A stretch of 64,000 bases of DNA from Auanema rhodensis (taxonomy: Eukaryota; Animalia; Nematoda), in NCBI GenBank assembly GCA_964057225.1, contig OZ059899.1, positions 13,082,001-13,146,000 on the forward strand, read 5' to 3'. The notes beneath the pieces are model-generated. The model worked only from the letters and a program-made list of their open reading frames with translations. It did no database searches and was not told the DNA's origin. How positions within the stretch are numbered: the stretch's first letter is position 1; every line of letters starts with the position of its first letter. Position numbers and translations under genes: made by a program. Positions 59,501-64,000 of this stretch are shown one piece after another.

Positions 59501-62263
59501 TCGTCAAAACGATATAAACAGATAAATTAATGAAAATAAAAGAAAAAACTCTTCTACTAGCTATAGTTTAGTTGATGTGAAATCAAGATATTATCATTGA
59601 AATCACAACAAGTTTATGAGAAGTATTGAAAAATGAAACATAAAAATGCTTGTATTGATTGATTTGTTTACTATTTGTTTTGAAAATAAAATATTAAAAA
59701 GACAAAAAGAAAACAGATTTTAGTTGTTTTTGTTTGGTTTGTGATACTGATCTACTACTTTTGAGAAGAAGAACACGAAATCTACATCTAATACCATCAT
59801 TATACTTCAAGTTTATCTTCATTTCTCGTCCTCATCATCATCAATTGTGAAGAGCTAAAACTTTTTAAAAAAAATTCAAATCAAAGAATTTTTAACTATT
59901 ATTGATTTCTTTAATTATAATTTTTATAAAATGTAAAATCAATAGATGATATGAGGATGAGAAATTTGAAGAATTTGCGCTGGGACGATAATAGGTTTAG
60001 AATGAAAATGGTTTAACAGCTAGATTGCCAACTAAAATTTACTAATTTAAGGAAAAAACCATTATACTATTCAAATAAAAAAATAAAAAAATGACTATAA
60101 TACAAATAGAAAAAAACATTATTTCTACATTATGTAATCTGATTTGTTTTAATAATTTCAAAACACAAAAACAAAACGAAAAACACGTAAAAATCAGAGA
60201 ACACGTCATGATTTTCCTAAAAAAATCAAGCGAGGTGCTTACCTTTCCAGAAAGTGTATATATCTAAATAGGATAAGCTAAATTATAAATCATAGAATAA
60301 AATGTTTTAATTTTTAATTTTCAGTTTTGTATATGATATTTCAAATCTTCAAAAAGTATGCTTTTCCTCTTTCTTCGTATCTATCTATCCTTTGCACGCA
60401 ACCCCCCTCCCCCCCTCCTGCTATCTCCGCTCTTTCCCTCTTTATGGTATTATGTGGCAAATTTTACTTTCATACTCCTTCGTCGTATTTTTTTTTTGCG
60501 AACAAACAAATAACATTTAGAATAAAACAAAAATATATTTATATATTTATATAGCTCCTTATGAGCTACATCATATCAACCTCAAACCAATTTATTCTTT
60601 CACCTTCTCTCAGAAAAACTGCTTCTCTCTCTCTTTCTCTCTCTCTCTATATATATATCTTTTACTTATATATATATATATACTGTTTTTCGATCTTAGT
60701 CTTGTTGTATGTTGGCAAACTAACATCATCATTTGTTTGTAATAAAAAGAAATATAAGATAAAAAGGGAAAAATAAAACTATTTGAGAAATAATAGGAAG
60801 AGCATTATCATCATTGTCATTTCACGTGCAAATTTTGAGCACTACACGTAAACAAAGAATAACAAAAACTAAAAAAAAGTTCGAAAGGTTGTTCAGATTT
60901 AGATGAAATCAGTGCAACAGAGTGCGTATGTGCATATGTATGTATAGGTGACTTTAGGGTTTGAAGGTTGTGGAAGTCGAGGTGTGGGAATCATATTGGC
61001 TTGTATTTGCAAATGATTTTCTGACAATTTCTCTAAGATATTTATATTTAATTAGAAAATCTATAAAATCTAAATTTAGATAGATAGATTGTATATTTAG
61101 ATATCTCTAACTAGATTGCTTTTGTTTTGAGTTTCTGAGTGTTGAGTTACCTATTATCCTCTTTTTCTTCCATAAGAGGAGTCTCTGAATCATCCACATT
61201 CTTCTGTCCTTCAATATCATTTGAATATGCTATGGAGACTGATTTGCGTGATGCTATTTCACCTGAAAATATCATAGAAAATTATTATATTCTGACAGTT
61301 CAATTGAAAAAGCTTTTCCAGGTCCGTCCCCTACTAACTTCTGCTTCCAGTTTTTCATATAACGTATTAGCTAGCAAACAAAAGACTTGACCTTTTTCAG
61401 TTCACTTTTACATACATTTAGCAACTTTAGAAAATTTCTGAACTTTTAACCAGAATTCCATATAAATCTAACGTATCCATCTCAACAACTGTTTTGCAGA
61501 AAAAAGTCAGAAGTATGTACTTTTCAGTTTACTATTGCTACTTTTTCGAAAAAAATATTTTAAAATAGAACGAACTCGGCCATGCGGATGGTCGTCTACC
61601 TTGTGGCATACTTCGTTTTCGATCGGAATTAATCCAACTAAGTCCTTGTGGTCCTAAAATTCGACGCAAAAGTGCCTGCTCTTTCGATGGGAGATACGCC
61701 ATACTCATCCGGCGAGTTCCGTTCATCATGTCATGTGTGGAGCAACATCGAGTTGCACCAGGACAAGCGGAACAGCCATCGGAACACCCGATGACTGCTC
61801 CATTGAACGGTATACGAAATGTGCTCTCACTGTTACTGCGTTGTTGAAGATTCTGCAAGCGATAACGTCCCGGATCTTTCTTGCGTGAGCTGCATCGTTG
61901 CGTTACGCTCAGTGTCTGAAGCGATGGAGCTAGCGGTGGAGCTGGTGATGATGACGATGGTAAGCATCTTGAACCACGTTCAAACATATGATATGAGCCT
62001 GATTGTGAAACACAGCTACTTTTAGCTGATGGCACTGGCGATGAAGAACTACACATTACATCGAAAGATAGTTGTTTCGGAGCAGCTTGAAGACGAGGAG
62101 CTCGTAGAATGCCTCTCGGAGTTGTATCTGCGGTTGTCGGAACTGACATAGTCATCAGATAGTGTTCGGGTGGATGATCCGGAGTTGTTGCAGCACTATG
62201 ACTTGCGCTAGCGCCGGCTGATGCAGCCGCAGTAGAACCAGCCTCATGTCCTGTGGCAGTCAT
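56593..62263 (-). CDS. kcnl-2: Small-conductance Ca2+-activated K+ (SK/KCNN) channel; further 5' exons may lie upstream
   Basis: Large Ser/Ala-rich exon 61600-62263; SNDIEGQK...TPLMEEK; [15 protein letters not shown]; [13 protein letters not shown]; [50 protein letters not shown]; pore ITFLSVGY|[11 protein letters not shown]; calmodulin-binding region [19 protein letters not shown]...[13 protein letters not shown]...HQRKFL. Stop at 56593-56595. Confidence 0.93.
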
Positions 62264-62383
62264 ACTTGTAGGCTAATGAGCAGAAGTTTGATTGGCAAGT
62301 TCAAATAAAGTATGCTGAAGAAATTAATAATATTATAATAAACCTTCAGAGACAGAAAGAAGTTGATAGATTGATAGTAAGAA

Positions 62384-62424
62384 AGAGAGAGAGAGAGAGA
62401 GAGAGATGGAGAGAGAGAGAGAGA
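62384..62424. repeat. (GA)n microsatellite upstream of the kcnl-2 ATG exon
   Basis: Two GA runs with one short interruption; a similar tract lies at about 62806-62836. Confidence 0.85.
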
Positions 62425-63270
62425 TAGAGGGAGGGAGAAAATTGTGAATAGAGAGGTATAAGGGTAAAAGAGAAAAATAAAAGGCATGTTGGGTACTAGG
62501 TAGGATATGAAGCGAAGAGCATCAGTCTGGAAGATTGTGAGTACTAAGACGTGTTTTCCAGGAAATCAATAGACGTCAATCCAAGCATTTAGGTGTATAT
62601 AATACATAGAGAGCTATAGAAAGTAGGGAAGATAGAAAGTAATATTGAATGAGAATACGTGAAACGTAAAAAACACCTTCAGAAGTTGATGAACACAAAC
62701 CGTCAATGTGAATACATAGAGCATGCTAGCTAAAGACAAATGAGTTGTTTACACTCATAGACATAGTTAGTAGCAGTAGACAGGGAGAGAAAGAAAAAGA
62801 GATGGAGAGAGAGAGAGAGAGAGATAGAAAGAGAGATATTGGAAAGAGAGAGGTTGGCGCATTTATAGACTATGCTCTCATACGGATAAAGCTTAAATAT
62901 TTTTCATTTAGAAAGATTAGGTGATTTTGAATATATTCTATATTATCCATTTGTAACAAGAAAGAAGAGTTAAAATTCTTTAATCCTACCAAACTGATCG
63001 TTATGTTCTCTCTCTCCCCCCTCCCCCCTCTCTCTCTCTCCCTCTCTCGCTTTGTCTTCATTCTCTTAATTCATATCGCTTTGTTGATCTGTAAGATGCT
63101 AGATGTGCTCATATTCAACAGCCGGTTATCAAAGTGATTGTGAAGTTATTTTAACTTCAGTCATGTTACTTGATTGACTTAACATCTGCTTTTATTATTT
63201 TTAAGTTGCTGATGTACATTACTAGGTTATTCAAGTTCAACATGTTCAAAAGCGACATAATAGAATGGAG

Positions 63271-63307
<37 letters not shown>

Positions 63308-63315
63308 TTCTCTCT
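63271..63315. repeat. (TC)n microsatellite
   Basis: About 13 perfect TC units followed by a degenerate extension. Confidence 0.85.
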
Positions 63316-64000
63316 ATAAGGTATGGGATGTATATATGTAATGCAGAGCTCTGTTATGAATATATATTTTTTTCCTGCTTGATACAAGAGTAATCGACAT
63401 AAACACACAAATAGATTGTGACAAAATGGCTTCCTAATCAACGAAGATGACTTTGAATTCATAAAGTCAGATTGCAGATGTGCATGAAGCTGCCAAAAAG
63501 AGAAAATGAAACTACATACATAATCTGTATGTGTGTATGTGTGTGTTTGAGTGTGTATGTGTGACCCGCATCTCATTCTTTAGAAGCTCTTTACGACGTG
63601 AATGGCTTCAGAAGTCATACATAAGCTTACAACTTCTTTTTCTATTTGAAGTTCTTCGTGAAACAAATAATCAAAAATCACTTTTAGATATTTGTAGTTT
63701 TGGTGGCAAATGTTCTTATGATATTCAATACCACATATCAACAAGATACGTGTATGTGTATGTATATCTGTAATATATGAGAATAAACTAGTCAAAGCTA
63801 ATAGAAGGATAGATAAGTGAGAAGGGAACGAACACCAAATACGAACTGAAATATCCAGGAAGACAAAGTAAATGAAATTTTTTTGGTTTTTATCTCATAA
63901 TAGAGAAGAATGAAGTAGATGATGACGACATTAATGCTCTTCATTCATACGTATACTGATTGGGATTTTGATGCGTTTTGAACACTGATAGTAAAAAATA

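Overview
This is eukaryotic, AT-rich genomic DNA from a rhabditid (clade V) nematode that is probably not Caenorhabditis. The genes are very intron-dense, with mostly 39-47 nt introns, so the six-frame ORF track shows only exon fragments. I spliced the exons by hand and recovered eight protein-coding genes: unc-73/Trio (minus, runs off the left edge), ned-8/NEDD8 (+), an Sp-family factor with a Buttonhead box but only one zinc finger (sptf-1-like, minus), the kinetochore gene rod-1/KNTC1 (+, about 52 exons), serine racemase (minus), p90 RSK rskn-1 (minus), an SK channel kcnl-2 (minus), and a hidden 3-exon gene for an 84-aa secreted four-cysteine cationic protein (+, 53821-54659) that I cannot assign to a family. 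Other observations include nested alternative first exons in unc-73 and rskn-1, candidate micro/cassette exons, a GC-AG intron, frequent AAG acceptors and a 257-bp head-to-head promoter. I found no CRISPR array, tRNA, rRNA or recognisable transposon. Gene names and C. elegans comparisons come from recalled protein motifs, not from database searches.
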